DNA of 64,000 bases from a virus. The notes under the pieces were generated by a model, which saw only the letters and a list, made by a program, of their open reading frames with translations, made no database searches and was not told the origin of the DNA. The stretch's first letter is position 1. Every line of letters starts with the position of its first letter. The position numbers and the translations under genes are program-made. The stretch covers positions 32,001 through 96,000 of IMG/VR virus record IMGVR_UViG_3300036774_000066; one strand, given 5' to 3'. Below, piece by piece: positions 46,296 through 55,257 of the stretch.

Positions 46296-46991
46296 TCATA
46301 CTATCCATTTTAACTTACCTTCTCTATCTGCCTCAATTATTTCCCTTGCAGCAGATAGATAAGCAAAAGAATCTTGTGCTATTTTTGGGTTTCTCCAAGA
46401 AGCAGCAGGATGAGGAACAGCAAACACCAATAACTGCCTTCCGTGAAATCTTGTTTGGTAAACATCTCCGAATATCCGCATGATTGACATAAACTCATAG
46501 CCCATTGTCTGCTTCAAAGCATCCCCACCAAGGAGAAAGAGATACTTCATATTTGTCAACTTGAGAAATTCCAGATACTTCCAAACGGAACACCAAACAA
46601 GTTCTGTGTCTACGGGTGGACGATCCTTCTTGGTATGACAAAGGAGAGAATTAGTAATGTAGATTTTTGATCGGTCAACACCCACAGCCTCAAGATACTT
46701 CATAAACCACGAACCCGCAGTAGCGGATGGATAAAACGGTTGCCCGTGTACATCCTCTTCCCAACCAGGATTTCTCCCAACAAATACAGTATCAGAACCC
46801 ACATCCCCCTCTGGCAACACTACCTGTCTCGCCTCTTTCCTTGCCTCACATGACACACAAGTAGACATAGTAAATCTAAGGTGGTGGTAATCAAGGCCAG
46901 AAAAACTTGATATTACTGCTCTGTAATACCCCTGAAATTCTGGACGCTCATACACCAATTTTGTAAAGTGAGGCTTTATATATACGGACAT
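46296..46991 (-). CDS. uracil-DNA glycosylase family 4-like protein
   Basis: CxxC, FVGRNPGWEED..G.PF, YITN..LC, C..W, LLGG.A, PHPAA. Confidence 0.85.
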   Translation of the reverse strand: MSVYIKPHFTKLVYERPEFQGYYRAVISSFSGLDYHHLRFTMSTCVSCEARKEARQVVLPEGDVGSDTVFVGRNPGWEEDVHGQPFYPSATAGSWFMKYLEAVGVDRSKIYITNSLLCHTKKDRPPVDTELVWCSVWKYLEFLKLTNMKYLFLLGGDALKQTMGYEFMSIMRIFGDVYQTRFHGRQLLVFAVPHPAASWRNPKIAQDSFAYLSAAREIIEADREGKLKWIV

Positions 46992-47006
46992 TAGAGTTAC
47001 CTACAC

Positions 47007-47134
47007 AAAAAAGGAAAGAACCCCCTGCTCCCGGCGACCATTACCGTGTCTTCCACAACCGTTTGCGAGTTGCGCCTATTAAGTCATCGGTAAAATCGCA
47101 CCTGATAGGACAGGCAAGCATAAGGGTTCTTCCC
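47007..47134 (-). ncRNA. candidate structured ncRNA with pseudoknot and U-tail
   Basis: 13-bp closing stem 47013-47025/47122-47134, 12-bp helix 47034-47046/47088-47099, crossing helix 47075-47079/47105-47109, T6 tail. Confidence 0.5.
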
Positions 47135-47137
47135 GCA

Positions 47138-47866
47138 TCACTTTCTAAGGGTGAGTAAAAAGTAAAGAACTCTACTATCCAATGGCACTTCATTCTTAAT
47201 ACGCAAAGTCTCCACCAAACTAATAGGAATACTCTCTGGTTTCAAGACAGTTTCTAAGTTACCCATAAGCCCCAGATAATAGTCTGAAAATTTCGCTCCC
47301 CTTCGATTTTCCTTTTCTTTGAACTTGAAAAGAAAAGTCAAAACAGAAGAAAAAATCTCCCCTGCCAACATTCTCCTTCTTAACAAAAGGTACTCCTCAA
47401 TCAACTTTTCCTTAGACTCTCGCATTGCCTCAAACAACTCATACATCTTTTCGTGCCTCTCAAACAACTCAGTATACCAACGACCCAAAACAGCGGACAT
47501 CTTGATAAAGTACAAAAACTCATAGGCAGTCAGTAACTTCTTTTTTCCTTTCTCCGCCTCGGGACACGCATACCTCTCTACTGTTTTTGTCAGCTTGAGC
47601 CTCTTGACTTCCGATACATACTTAACAATGTCTGTCTCGTTATCAAACTTCCGATCTACCACATGAGAATCATTGGTTGTGACAATGATATAATCGGTAA
47701 ATCGGTACTGCATATTTCTGTCAACATCAGGTATTCTATCGTTTGGCTTGAGAAAATACATCACCTTACCTTTACAATCACTCCACTCAACGGACTCTAT
47801 ACGCTTATATCCGGGGAACAAAAAGTAAAGCAATTGCAAGGTATCTTTACTAAAGTAGATTTTCAT
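47138..47866 (-). CDS. hypothetical protein, possibly an accessory clamp-loader subunit
   Basis: 242-aa ORF near the delta-prime-like gene; assignment from context only. Confidence 0.5.
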   Translation of the reverse strand: MKIYFSKDTLQLLYFLFPGYKRIESVEWSDCKGKVMYFLKPNDRIPDVDRNMQYRFTDYIIVTTNDSHVVDRKFDNETDIVKYVSEVKRLKLTKTVERYACPEAEKGKKKLLTAYEFLYFIKMSAVLGRWYTELFERHEKMYELFEAMRESKEKLIEEYLLLRRRMLAGEIFSSVLTFLFKFKEKENRRGAKFSDYYLGLMGNLETVLKPESIPISLVETLRIKNEVPLDSRVLYFLLTLRK

Positions 47867-48042
47867 TCCATCCCAACTTCTTGATCCCCAAGACTCAGAT
47901 AGCCAGAATCGTCAAAATACCCTTCCTCCTCTTCATCAAAATCGCTTTCCTGCTCCTCTACTTCCTCCTCAGTAAACGCCTCTTCCTTCCAATACAACTG
48001 CCGCAACTCGTGAGAAGTAAACAGTGGATTTTCTATTGTCAT
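47863..48042 (-). CDS. small highly acidic protein (59 aa)
   Basis: manual translation MTIENPLF...EEEVEEQESDFDEEEEGYFDD...; 4-nt overlaps on both sides. Confidence 0.55.
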   Translation of the reverse strand: MTIENPLFTSHELRQLYWKEEAFTEEEVEEQESDFDEEEEGYFDDSGYLSLGDQEVGME

Positions 48043-48518
48043 ACGAAAAACTGCCTTATTCTATCCCTCACTGGTAAGTCAGACTTTCCAATAAAATAAT
48101 TCAACGGATAAGAAGAAACTGCATGTCTGACTAATTCCTCGTCTGTTACCGACCCATCAGCAAACGACTCCTTCACAAACCGCAAACTATCTGCCTCTCT
48201 TTTCAACAATGTGGGGTACTTCTTTACAGTCTTAAACCTTGACAGCAAAATAGAGGAAATATTATCCTCAGACGCAAGACAAACAAGGGGAATAGTTGTC
48301 TCCTCTACGAACTTCAGCAACTTGGAATGGTATCTTCTCAATGCAGAAATATTTGACAATGCAACAGGCTCTTTCAATGTTATTCCTGAATATTCCCGTA
48401 TAAAGTCCTGTAATTCCTCCCGGTTAATAACAACATTTACTATAATCCCACAAGACGATATGTTCTGCTGCAAAGACACGATATTAGACGCAATGACTAA
48501 AGCAGGGTACTCGCTCAT
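48039..48518 (-). CDS. truncated clamp-loader (delta-prime/RFC-like) subunit
   Basis: LLKFVEE...LVCLAS...ISSILLSRF resembles LLK.LEEP...FIL....L.TI.SRC. Confidence 0.45.
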   Translation of the reverse strand: MSEYPALVIASNIVSLQQNISSCGIIVNVVINREELQDFIREYSGITLKEPVALSNISALRRYHSKLLKFVEETTIPLVCLASEDNISSILLSRFKTVKKYPTLLKREADSLRFVKESFADGSVTDEELVRHAVSSYPLNYFIGKSDLPVRDRIRQFFV

Positions 48519-48877
48519 TCACTTACCTTTTTCTCTTCCTCTATTACCCTGTTCGCTTCTTCGAGTCCGTCCAAAGCATCCTGAAACATCTTCCTGATTC
48601 CCTTATTGTCAAATTCCTCCGCTACCCACTTTGTATACTTCAAATCATTCTCCAATACCCACGGTAAAGTCTTTCCCCTATACTTACCAAAAGGAACAAC
48701 AAATTCCATCCATTTACCCGGCTGTGGTAGAAATTTAATGTACCCACAACCATGACAAAACCAGCCAATGTGCGGACCACACCGCTTGATATATGTCCGT
48801 AATGATTTACACTTTGGGCATGACCTATCATCACACTCCTGAATATGCCCATTCGGAAAATCCGTCAACTTGAGCAT
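48515..48877 (-). CDS. Zn finger plus DUF3820-like domain protein
   Basis: CPKC...WFCHGC; PFGKYRGKTL...Y.KW. Confidence 0.6.
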   Translation of the reverse strand: MLKLTDFPNGHIQECDDRSCPKCKSLRTYIKRCGPHIGWFCHGCGYIKFLPQPGKWMEFVVPFGKYRGKTLPWVLENDLKYTKWVAEEFDNKGIRKMFQDALDGLEEANRVIEEEKKVSE

Positions 48878-48886
48878 ACCTTACCC

Positions 48887-49495
48887 CTACACAAAGGATA
48901 ATGCCCGGCTCACCCAATTGCTAAGATACTTTACCTGTAAATTGGCAATGGAGAAAACTGACCCGCTCTGAATCTTATCCCCCAAATCTTTCATCACCAA
49001 GTCAATACAAAAGGAAACTCTCTTCTGTACGTAAGACTTTACTACAGTAGAAATATTACAGCTTGCCGCAGTTGCAAGGGTCTTAGGTCCAATCACTCCA
49101 TCCACAAAGACACCCAAAGACTTCTGCAAAAAACATGCTGCCTGAATCGGCCCATACAGCACACACGAATCAAAATGCACTCTATCAATTCTGTCAGGTA
49201 AAACATCGCACTTGCCAACAAGCCAATAGTCTGTTCTGTAAATATCTGCTACTTCTGAAGCAGATATATTCTTGACATCAGCAAAGGGAAGATGCATCCT
49301 GGCTCTATATGCACCATAAGAATTTTGTGTAATCCCAAAGTTCGTAGCCCCTCCATGATCTGTCGGGTCATTAACGTACCCACCCTCAAAAGCCAGCACA
49401 GAAGCCAAAGCAGAGTCAAAGTTCCTATTCATACGGTTACTCCATTCTACTAAGTTATTTACATTCCCCAAGGCCATGCGCAATCTGATTCCCAA
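48887..49495 (-). CDS. glycoside hydrolase family 108 lysozyme (endolysin candidate)
   Basis: EGGYVNDPTDHGGATNFGIT; IYRTDYW; LQ..LGV..DGVIGPKT. Confidence 0.9.
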   Translation of the reverse strand: MGIRLRMALGNVNNLVEWSNRMNRNFDSALASVLAFEGGYVNDPTDHGGATNFGITQNSYGAYRARMHLPFADVKNISASEVADIYRTDYWLVGKCDVLPDRIDRVHFDSCVLYGPIQAACFLQKSLGVFVDGVIGPKTLATAASCNISTVVKSYVQKRVSFCIDLVMKDLGDKIQSGSVFSIANLQVKYLSNWVSRALSFV

Positions 49496-50457
49496 TCGTA
49501 TGTTACTCCCTGTGGAAGATTTTTTATCATGTCTATTCCAATAGAATACCTCTCGTCTTCACTCAACTTGACCTTTACTATTTTGTCAATCTTATCCGTG
49601 TCACGCACCCTGTCAAGACTTACACGAAGTCCGCCCTTCAAAATAGCAACCTCTTTCTCCTTCGGGACATTAACCCACCCGTCAAAATACTCGTCAATAT
49701 CGTCAATCCTCTTGTGTGAAGGAACTACCTCAACTTTATGTAGATTATCCTCTTCATACAGGTTTGTCAACTTTTTCCTGCACTCCGAGATAATCTGACA
49801 AATCCTGTTGGCTGTCACCTTAAAAAAATCCGCTATTGCGAGAGGAGTCCAATCCTGTAAGTAAAGAAAATAGACCCAATAATGACAAAACCACACAGTA
49901 AATATGGGCTTTCTTTGTTCTACCCAATCAGATACAACTTGCCCATCAACCATACCCCACTTTTTGTATCTGTAAACATCAAACAACGGCTTATCCTTAT
50001 CCAAACCCTCATGAGTCCGTAACGTCCGAGAATTTGTAATCCTCTTTTTGGAAAGAACTTCCAACGCCTCCTGCATTATCAACTCACCCAAAACATTGAC
50101 ATTGTAAGGATCAGGAAATACATCATATATAGACATATCCCCATCATCACCGCCTCCAAGTGTAACTATCTTTACTGACCGCGCATTTTTCCTAAGAAGA
50201 TCAATCGCCTGATTTGCCATCCCGGTATACAAATAGCAAAACTTCGGGGCGGGAGGATTAGCGGTCTTTCCATACTCCTGCAAAAAATGGGACCGATGAA
50301 TCTTTTCAAGAAAAAACTCGTCAATAAAATCACCCATCTCCAGAAAGGAAGACATCACCGGAAACCGCTTGAATAACGAACAAGTAATGGGACGAAAAAA
50401 AGGCAGGGCTTCTTCAAACGTAAACGGAGCAGCAACGGCAATGGCGGGTGTATGCAT
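49459..50457 (-). CDS. sigma70-family factor
   Basis: YLYTGMANQAIDLLRK (region 2); YLQDWTPLAIADFFKVTANRICQIISECRKKL (region 4 HTH). Confidence 0.65.
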   Translation of the reverse strand: MHTPAIAVAAPFTFEEALPFFRPITCSLFKRFPVMSSFLEMGDFIDEFFLEKIHRSHFLQEYGKTANPPAPKFCYLYTGMANQAIDLLRKNARSVKIVTLGGGDDGDMSIYDVFPDPYNVNVLGELIMQEALEVLSKKRITNSRTLRTHEGLDKDKPLFDVYRYKKWGMVDGQVVSDWVEQRKPIFTVWFCHYWVYFLYLQDWTPLAIADFFKVTANRICQIISECRKKLTNLYEEDNLHKVEVVPSHKRIDDIDEYFDGWVNVPKEKEVAILKGGLRVSLDRVRDTDKIDKIVKVKLSEDERYSIGIDMIKNLPQGVTYDWESDCAWPWGM

Positions 50458-50484
50458 TTACTCCTCCAACAAACTAAAAGGTTG

Positions 50485-50880
50485 TTATTTAGACAAAAGA
50501 TGTTTAAGTTCATCTTCAGATACTCCTAATCCTATAGACAATTTAGCTATAGTTTCGGTATTGACACCTCTGGTAACTCCACGGATAATCTTTGACAGGG
50601 ACATCTGAGAGATACCACAACGGAAAGCCAAGTCATGCTGCGAATACCCCAACTCAATCATCCTACCTTTTATATAGTTACCAAAAGCCGATGAATTTAC
50701 AGAAGAAAATAACTTCTCAAAATCCTGTTGAGGAATCGAGAGTTTTACGTGACTCCCATTTACAGAGGCAGAAACGTGGATACAATTTGCATCTTTGAAT
50801 AGATAATACCACGCCGTTGCATTACACACAAAGGTTTGACTTGATTTATCAGAATCAACTTTAATGCTTAATCGACTCAT
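50485..50880 (-). CDS. XRE/Cro-family HTH transcriptional regulator
   Basis: GYSQHDLAFRCGISQMSLSKIIRG...TIAKLSIGLGVS. Confidence 0.8.
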   Translation of the reverse strand: MSRLSIKVDSDKSSQTFVCNATAWYYLFKDANCIHVSASVNGSHVKLSIPQQDFEKLFSSVNSSAFGNYIKGRMIELGYSQHDLAFRCGISQMSLSKIIRGVTRGVNTETIAKLSIGLGVSEDELKHLLSK

Positions 50881-51238
50881 GCTCTTTTCTCAATTCTTCC
50901 AAGATAAACCATCGAATCACTGACCCATGACAAAACCACCCACCCGGATGTTTGCAATCACACAGTAGAAAAAGATTCCCCTTCCGAGCTATCCCTACCA
51001 AAATATGAAACGCCGCTGCGAACTCCCTGTCCACAGCAAGCATAGATGAAAAATATCTTTTGTAAAGTCCACACGCTACATCCATCCCCCTTATATACAC
51101 AAACCCACAAGGAAGAAGAAATCTCGCCCAAAAAACCCACCACGGCAAAACTACATGCTTCTGCTCAAAAATGGACCCTCGCCCAATCTTGACCTCGTAC
51201 CTCCCCTTCCGATGGGACGATGATAGTATGTAAACCAT
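50861..51238 (-). CDS. DUF4326-like protein
   Basis: VKIGRGS...LLCDC...CHGSVI. Confidence 0.6.
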   Translation of the reverse strand: MVYILSSSHRKGRYEVKIGRGSIFEQKHVVLPWWVFWARFLLPCGFVYIRGMDVACGLYKRYFSSMLAVDREFAAAFHILVGIARKGNLFLLCDCKHPGGWFCHGSVIRWFILEELRKEHESIKH

Positions 51239-51247
51239 GTATCCCTC

Positions 51248-51817
51248 TCACCTAATTACCAACACTCCTTTACGAATCATAATATTTCGCTTAGACAAAA
51301 CTCTCCCGTCTGCTCTAACGGAAGGCCCACGAGATACAGGGGAGACACGATTACTCAAGGAGGGATGCTGCACAACAGCAGTAGGAGAAATACTCGGAAT
51401 AGTCAACTCTCTTGACCAATAGCCACGATTGCCTATACCTACCCATACCCGATAACCCGTATCGGCTCTCACTGTGTCACTAATACACCCAATAAGACAC
51501 GTAACCGTGTCACAAGGAGGACGATTATTTCCACAAGTAGCAAATTCAACAGGAAGAGGAACCGTCAAATAGGAATGAGTCGCATACAGCGTCCATCTAT
51601 TATGTTCAAGTTCAAAAGTAAACATGCTATTCCCATAAAACCTTCCGTAGATAGCAACACCCCTCCCACATTGATATGTAGGAGTAAGTGAGGTAGGACC
51701 AAGAACCTTCACATAAACAGAATCCGTGTCCAGCATAGTAGGATTACCCAAACTATCAAGAACAACAGCACTTGACATACCACATATAACAAGAACAAGT
51801 GAAAGAACCTTACACAT
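51248..51817 (-). CDS. secreted protein with basic C-terminal sorting-domain-like tail
   Basis: signal peptide; tail TAVV...RADGRV...KGVLVIR. Confidence 0.55.
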   Translation of the reverse strand: MCKVLSLVLVICGMSSAVVLDSLGNPTMLDTDSVYVKVLGPTSLTPTYQCGRGVAIYGRFYGNSMFTFELEHNRWTLYATHSYLTVPLPVEFATCGNNRPPCDTVTCLIGCISDTVRADTGYRVWVGIGNRGYWSRELTIPSISPTAVVQHPSLSNRVSPVSRGPSVRADGRVLSKRNIMIRKGVLVIR

Positions 51818-51828
51818 GATACACCTCC

Positions 51829-53148
51829 TTAAAAAACCATTTCTTTTAGAAAATTCTCCTGTAACTCACATTGATCCGCGTTCTTGTCTACCCTCCATGC
51901 AATTAAACGACAATGCCTGATCCGCATTGCCCTTGATGAGATATTCTGCCCGTCGATCTCTGCAACCCGGCCTTCCCAATCGGGATGTAACCCACAGACC
52001 TTACCTCCTAACCCATCATCCATGTAAACCGTGATCGACTTCCGAAAATCCAGCGCCAGCCCGGAAACATGCCCAATCTCATGCTGCACACGCTCCCCGT
52101 TAGGCTTCACAAGCCACACGGAGAACTTCAAAGTTCCTACCATGTTCTCGTATGCCTTACCCTTCTCCCCCGGCTCCCACCCGCTCACAAACGCATCCAG
52201 CGTATCATTGAGAGGAGAATCCAGCAAAGACCCTGAAACAGTACGCTTAATCTTGATCCACTGACACCGCGCCCTACTCTCCTGTGCAAGGTATAGGGCA
52301 TTCTTATGCTTTGCAATAACCCCTTCTCCTTTGGCTGCAATTATCATGTCATGGAAAGCCTTCTTACCAACCACATCATAAACAGTCTCAAGAAACTCCA
52401 CATTCAAACCAGCAGATTTTTCAACAGAGGTAACAACACGGGCAACCTTCTCTCTATCACACTGACCCAATGCCCGATTACTTCCCTCTGTCAACCACTC
52501 GTTGTTAAAAAACATACAATCAAAACTGTAAAACTTCAGAGGACAGTTCTCGTTCTTCTGAATGTATAGGGAATCTGTGTCATTCAAACCTAACAAGGCG
52601 GTTACTGCGGACAACTGAGTATCCGTCTCCACTCCTCGTTTCTTCATCACAGTAGAAATAACAGGGTTAGTACAAACCAACTCTGAATCAGCAATGTAAG
52701 AATCAAACTGAGCACCCAATTCCTCAATGTTAAGATTCGGCTGGTATATGTTGGTATACTCTATTGGAAGATAATCCTTGACAGACACACCACGAGAATA
52801 GAAATGAAGCCCCTCACCTCTTACGAAAATTCTTATTAGTCGAACTCCGTCCATCTTCTCCTGAAATCCCCACAGATCAGTCTTCCAAATCTCCTCTTGC
52901 TTTTCGGGAGAGACTGCATTGAAGCGATTAGCCAACATTGGACTATCCATCTGTAAAATCAACTGCAAGTGCTTTGGAACACGACCATCGGGATACCGTA
53001 GCTTCAGGTGGTGATTGCGCAATGCAAGTATGTAATCATCCTTGGAGCACTTCTTCCCTGGTTTACTATTCTTAGTAGGCTCAACATACAAACCATACTG
53101 ACGACACTCTCTGTCCAAGTCTGCAATTGTCCGTACACCAATACCCAT
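51829..53148 (-). CDS. ATP-dependent DNA ligase
   Basis: motif I QEKMDGVR, DSEL, FDC, EGVIAK, WIKIK, OB-fold GTL...GHVSG...RVDK. Confidence 0.85.
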   Translation of the reverse strand: MGIGVRTIADLDRECRQYGLYVEPTKNSKPGKKCSKDDYILALRNHHLKLRYPDGRVPKHLQLILQMDSPMLANRFNAVSPEKQEEIWKTDLWGFQEKMDGVRLIRIFVRGEGLHFYSRGVSVKDYLPIEYTNIYQPNLNIEELGAQFDSYIADSELVCTNPVISTVMKKRGVETDTQLSAVTALLGLNDTDSLYIQKNENCPLKFYSFDCMFFNNEWLTEGSNRALGQCDREKVARVVTSVEKSAGLNVEFLETVYDVVGKKAFHDMIIAAKGEGVIAKHKNALYLAQESRARCQWIKIKRTVSGSLLDSPLNDTLDAFVSGWEPGEKGKAYENMVGTLKFSVWLVKPNGERVQHEIGHVSGLALDFRKSITVYMDDGLGGKVCGLHPDWEGRVAEIDGQNISSRAMRIRHCRLIAWRVDKNADQCELQENFLKEMVF

Positions 53149-53164
53149 GTCAAACTCCTATACG

Positions 53165-53560
53165 TCAATAATCCTGCATCTTTGAAACCTGTTGGCACCA
53201 ATTCAATGCTCGCATATTCCTACCGTCCTCATAGCAGGAATTTCCAGCCTTATCACCAAGTTTACCAATAATCCTTTGCAAAAAGAAAATCATCTCCTGC
53301 TGCACCGACCTATGCTGTGTAACAATCAGCCCGACAATTGCATCCGAGTCCAGCCCCTCAAAATCAAAAGGGATTTTGCTTGCCATGTCAGCAAAATCCC
53401 TTACAAAACCCTTGTATCTGTCAATCTTTTTTCTTACTGATTCCCTACACGCACACGTCTGACAAACGACCTCACCTTTCTGTACAGGTCCAACATTCTC
53501 CACATACAAGGTAGTACCGATAGTCTCTGCTTCTTTACGGCAGATAAAACAGATTGACAA
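53165..53560 (-). CDS. hypothetical protein
   Basis: ORF with CxxC pairs. Confidence 0.5.
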   Translation of the reverse strand: MSICFICRKEAETIGTTLYVENVGPVQKGEVVCQTCACRESVRKKIDRYKGFVRDFADMASKIPFDFEGLDSDAIVGLIVTQHRSVQQEMIFFLQRIIGKLGDKAGNSCYEDGRNMRALNWCQQVSKMQDY

Positions 53561-53563
53561 AAC

Positions 53564-53797
53564 TCACCCCCGTCGTATGTCATCCCGTATGACCTCGACC
53601 CCGTGCTTTGTCAAAAACTTTATCACAGTATTATGCAGGATAATGTTGGGAACAAGCTGCCTCTTTACACGCACCTTCTTCACATCCCCCTTCTCTGCCC
53701 TTGCAAGCAGATCAATCAACTCAAACTTGCCCAAAGAAGCAAGTTCTGACCAAACAAAGAGCGCAACATCCTTCTCAAAGTCCTTTGCGATATTCAT
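53564..53797 (-). CDS. hypothetical protein
   Basis: GGAGG RBS directly downstream of a promoter. Confidence 0.55.
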   Translation of the reverse strand: MNIAKDFEKDVALFVWSELASLGKFELIDLLARAEKGDVKKVRVKRQLVPNIILHNTVIKFLTKHGVEVIRDDIRRG

Positions 53798-53818
53798 AAC
53801 GCGCCTCCCTGATCTCTA

Positions 53819-53847
53819 AATATAGTCTTTGAAAACTATAAAGTCAA
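53819..53847 (-). promoter_or_regulatory. sigma70-type early promoter TTGACT-N17-TATATT
   Basis: same hexamers and 17-bp spacer as the copies at 59577 and 63275. Confidence 0.75.
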
Positions 53848-53867
53848 GTCCTCATTTCAAAAACCCA

Positions 53868-54515
53868 TTAACGGTATAACTCTTCTCTCCTTTTCTGGTA
53901 TTCGCAACGCTTTCGACACCATGACGCTTGCCACTTAGACCTTCTTGCATATTTCCGATGTAACTTATGCATCTGAGGAAGATTGTCGGCGCAAATATTA
54001 TCCCAAATATCGTGCCAAACCGCATCAAAACTCAAACCTTCCGGCTTATATTCCAACGCATCAGCATTGATGAAGTGAACCCTGCTATCTTTCTCGAAGA
54101 CAGGCTTCACCAGGGAAAGAACATCAGCAGATTTTTCTACAACAAAAGCCCTCTTGACAAACGGCTCTCCCCTCTCGTCAATCTTGTTAAGAACAACATC
54201 AAGAGTAATCCCTAACCCCAAGCCGTTAATCAAAACAGTCCCTTCTGCTGCGCGGAAAAAGGGGAACTGATCTCTAATCTCGTCAGGGGTATTTGACATT
54301 ACCATTGTTCCACCCCGCTTCAAAGCCGCGTATGTCCCTGCTGGCACATACCTACCTCCCGCAGAGGAAAAGGCTGCACGCATGGCTCCAAACCTCTCAG
54401 CCTCTTCCGAAACTGTAAAGGTACTTACTGACCAATCGCCAGATATTCCATCTGGAACATCAACCGGAATAACTTCGGGCAACTCACCTGTAAAATGCCA
54501 CGGCTTCATAATCAC
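53868..54515 (-). CDS. SAM-dependent methyltransferase (spermidine-synthase-like fold)
   Basis: VMSNTPDE, VLINGLGLG, VVEKS, ADA, FDAVWHDIW. Confidence 0.7.
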   Translation of the reverse strand: MIMKPWHFTGELPEVIPVDVPDGISGDWSVSTFTVSEEAERFGAMRAAFSSAGGRYVPAGTYAALKRGGTMVMSNTPDEIRDQFPFFRAAEGTVLINGLGLGITLDVVLNKIDERGEPFVKRAFVVEKSADVLSLVKPVFEKDSRVHFINADALEYKPEGLSFDAVWHDIWDNICADNLPQMHKLHRKYARRSKWQASWCRKRCEYQKRREELYR

Positions 54516-54525
54516 ATCCTCATAG

Positions 54526-54677
54526 TTGACAGGAGGAAAAAGGGGGAGGGGTAAACTTGGTTAGATCAACAACAGACTGCCGCTTCAATGCAATCCCTGA
54601 CCTCACGGACAGGATGCCTTGGACTCCACGATCATCTGTCTCCCCTCCCAAGTATAGCCGATCCCCTCCCCTGTCAA
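54526..54677 (-). ncRNA. candidate rod-shaped ncRNA or palindromic element
   Basis: nested helices GGGGAGGGG/CCCCTCCCC, ACTTGG/CCAAGT, ACAGA/TCTGT, TCCTG/CAGGG, GUGA tetraloop; terminal IR TTGACAGG/CCTGTCAA. Confidence 0.45.
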
Positions 54678-54901
54678 TCCAAGATTACTTTCTTTTCCCT
54701 CTTGTATCTTCGGGCTGTTCGCGCTTGCTCAATCTTATGAAGATGTGCCTCGACTCCCACATTGGTAGTCCTATCAAAGACAGAAACAATATGATACTTC
54801 CAAAATGAATACGCCAAAGCCTTGACCTGTCCATAGGTCTTTGCCTTGGTCTGTGAGGAAAGATGCAAGTCTTTGAATCTCTGTACACACTTTTGACACA
54901 T
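54674..54901 (-). CDS. hypothetical protein
   Basis: ORF on coding strand. Confidence 0.4.
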   Translation of the reverse strand: MCQKCVQRFKDLHLSSQTKAKTYGQVKALAYSFWKYHIVSVFDRTTNVGVEAHLHKIEQARTARRYKREKKVILD

Positions 54902-54918
54902 AAAAATTTCCTATCAGA

Positions 54919-55257
54919 TCACTCTAACAACAACTTATACCGCGTCAAAAACGTGATCTTCCAAGCATCAGCAATTGCAGTACCTCTTTTGAACTCGCTC
55001 ATGGCTTCCTGCAATTCTTTCACATGAGTAGAAATTTTCCCGCCCTCGATATTCAGCTTCTTTTGGGCAATGTGAAGCACCTGACGAAAAGCCTCACGTT
55101 GAATAACCTGCTCCCCCAACTCATTCCCGTAAACACCAAAGAAAGCCAACAGCCACGTACAGAACTCCTCATTGTAAATGGGAATCCCAATACTGGTGTA
55201 CAGCGCATCCAACTCCTCTAACTCAGACATACTAACCTCTTTCCCTTTCTCTAACAA
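54919..55257 (-). CDS. hypothetical protein (probable start MSEL)
   Basis: ORF; GAGG RBS before internal ATG. Confidence 0.5.
   Translation of the reverse strand: MLEKGKEVSMSELEELDALYTSIGIPIYNEEFCTWLLAFFGVYGNELGEQVIQREAFRQVLHIAQKKLNIEGGKISTHVKELQEAMSEFKRGTAIADAWKITFLTRYKLLLE

Noticed and set aside
47007-47134. Hammerhead ribozyme reading of the 47-kb RNA (CCGAUGA resembles CUGAUGA)
   Set aside because: The core differs and no correctly placed GAAA/stem II-III arrangement was found.
54526-54677. SRP (4.5S) RNA reading of the rod-shaped element
   Set aside because: The apical region lacks the conserved CAGG...GGAA...AGCAG domain IV motif.
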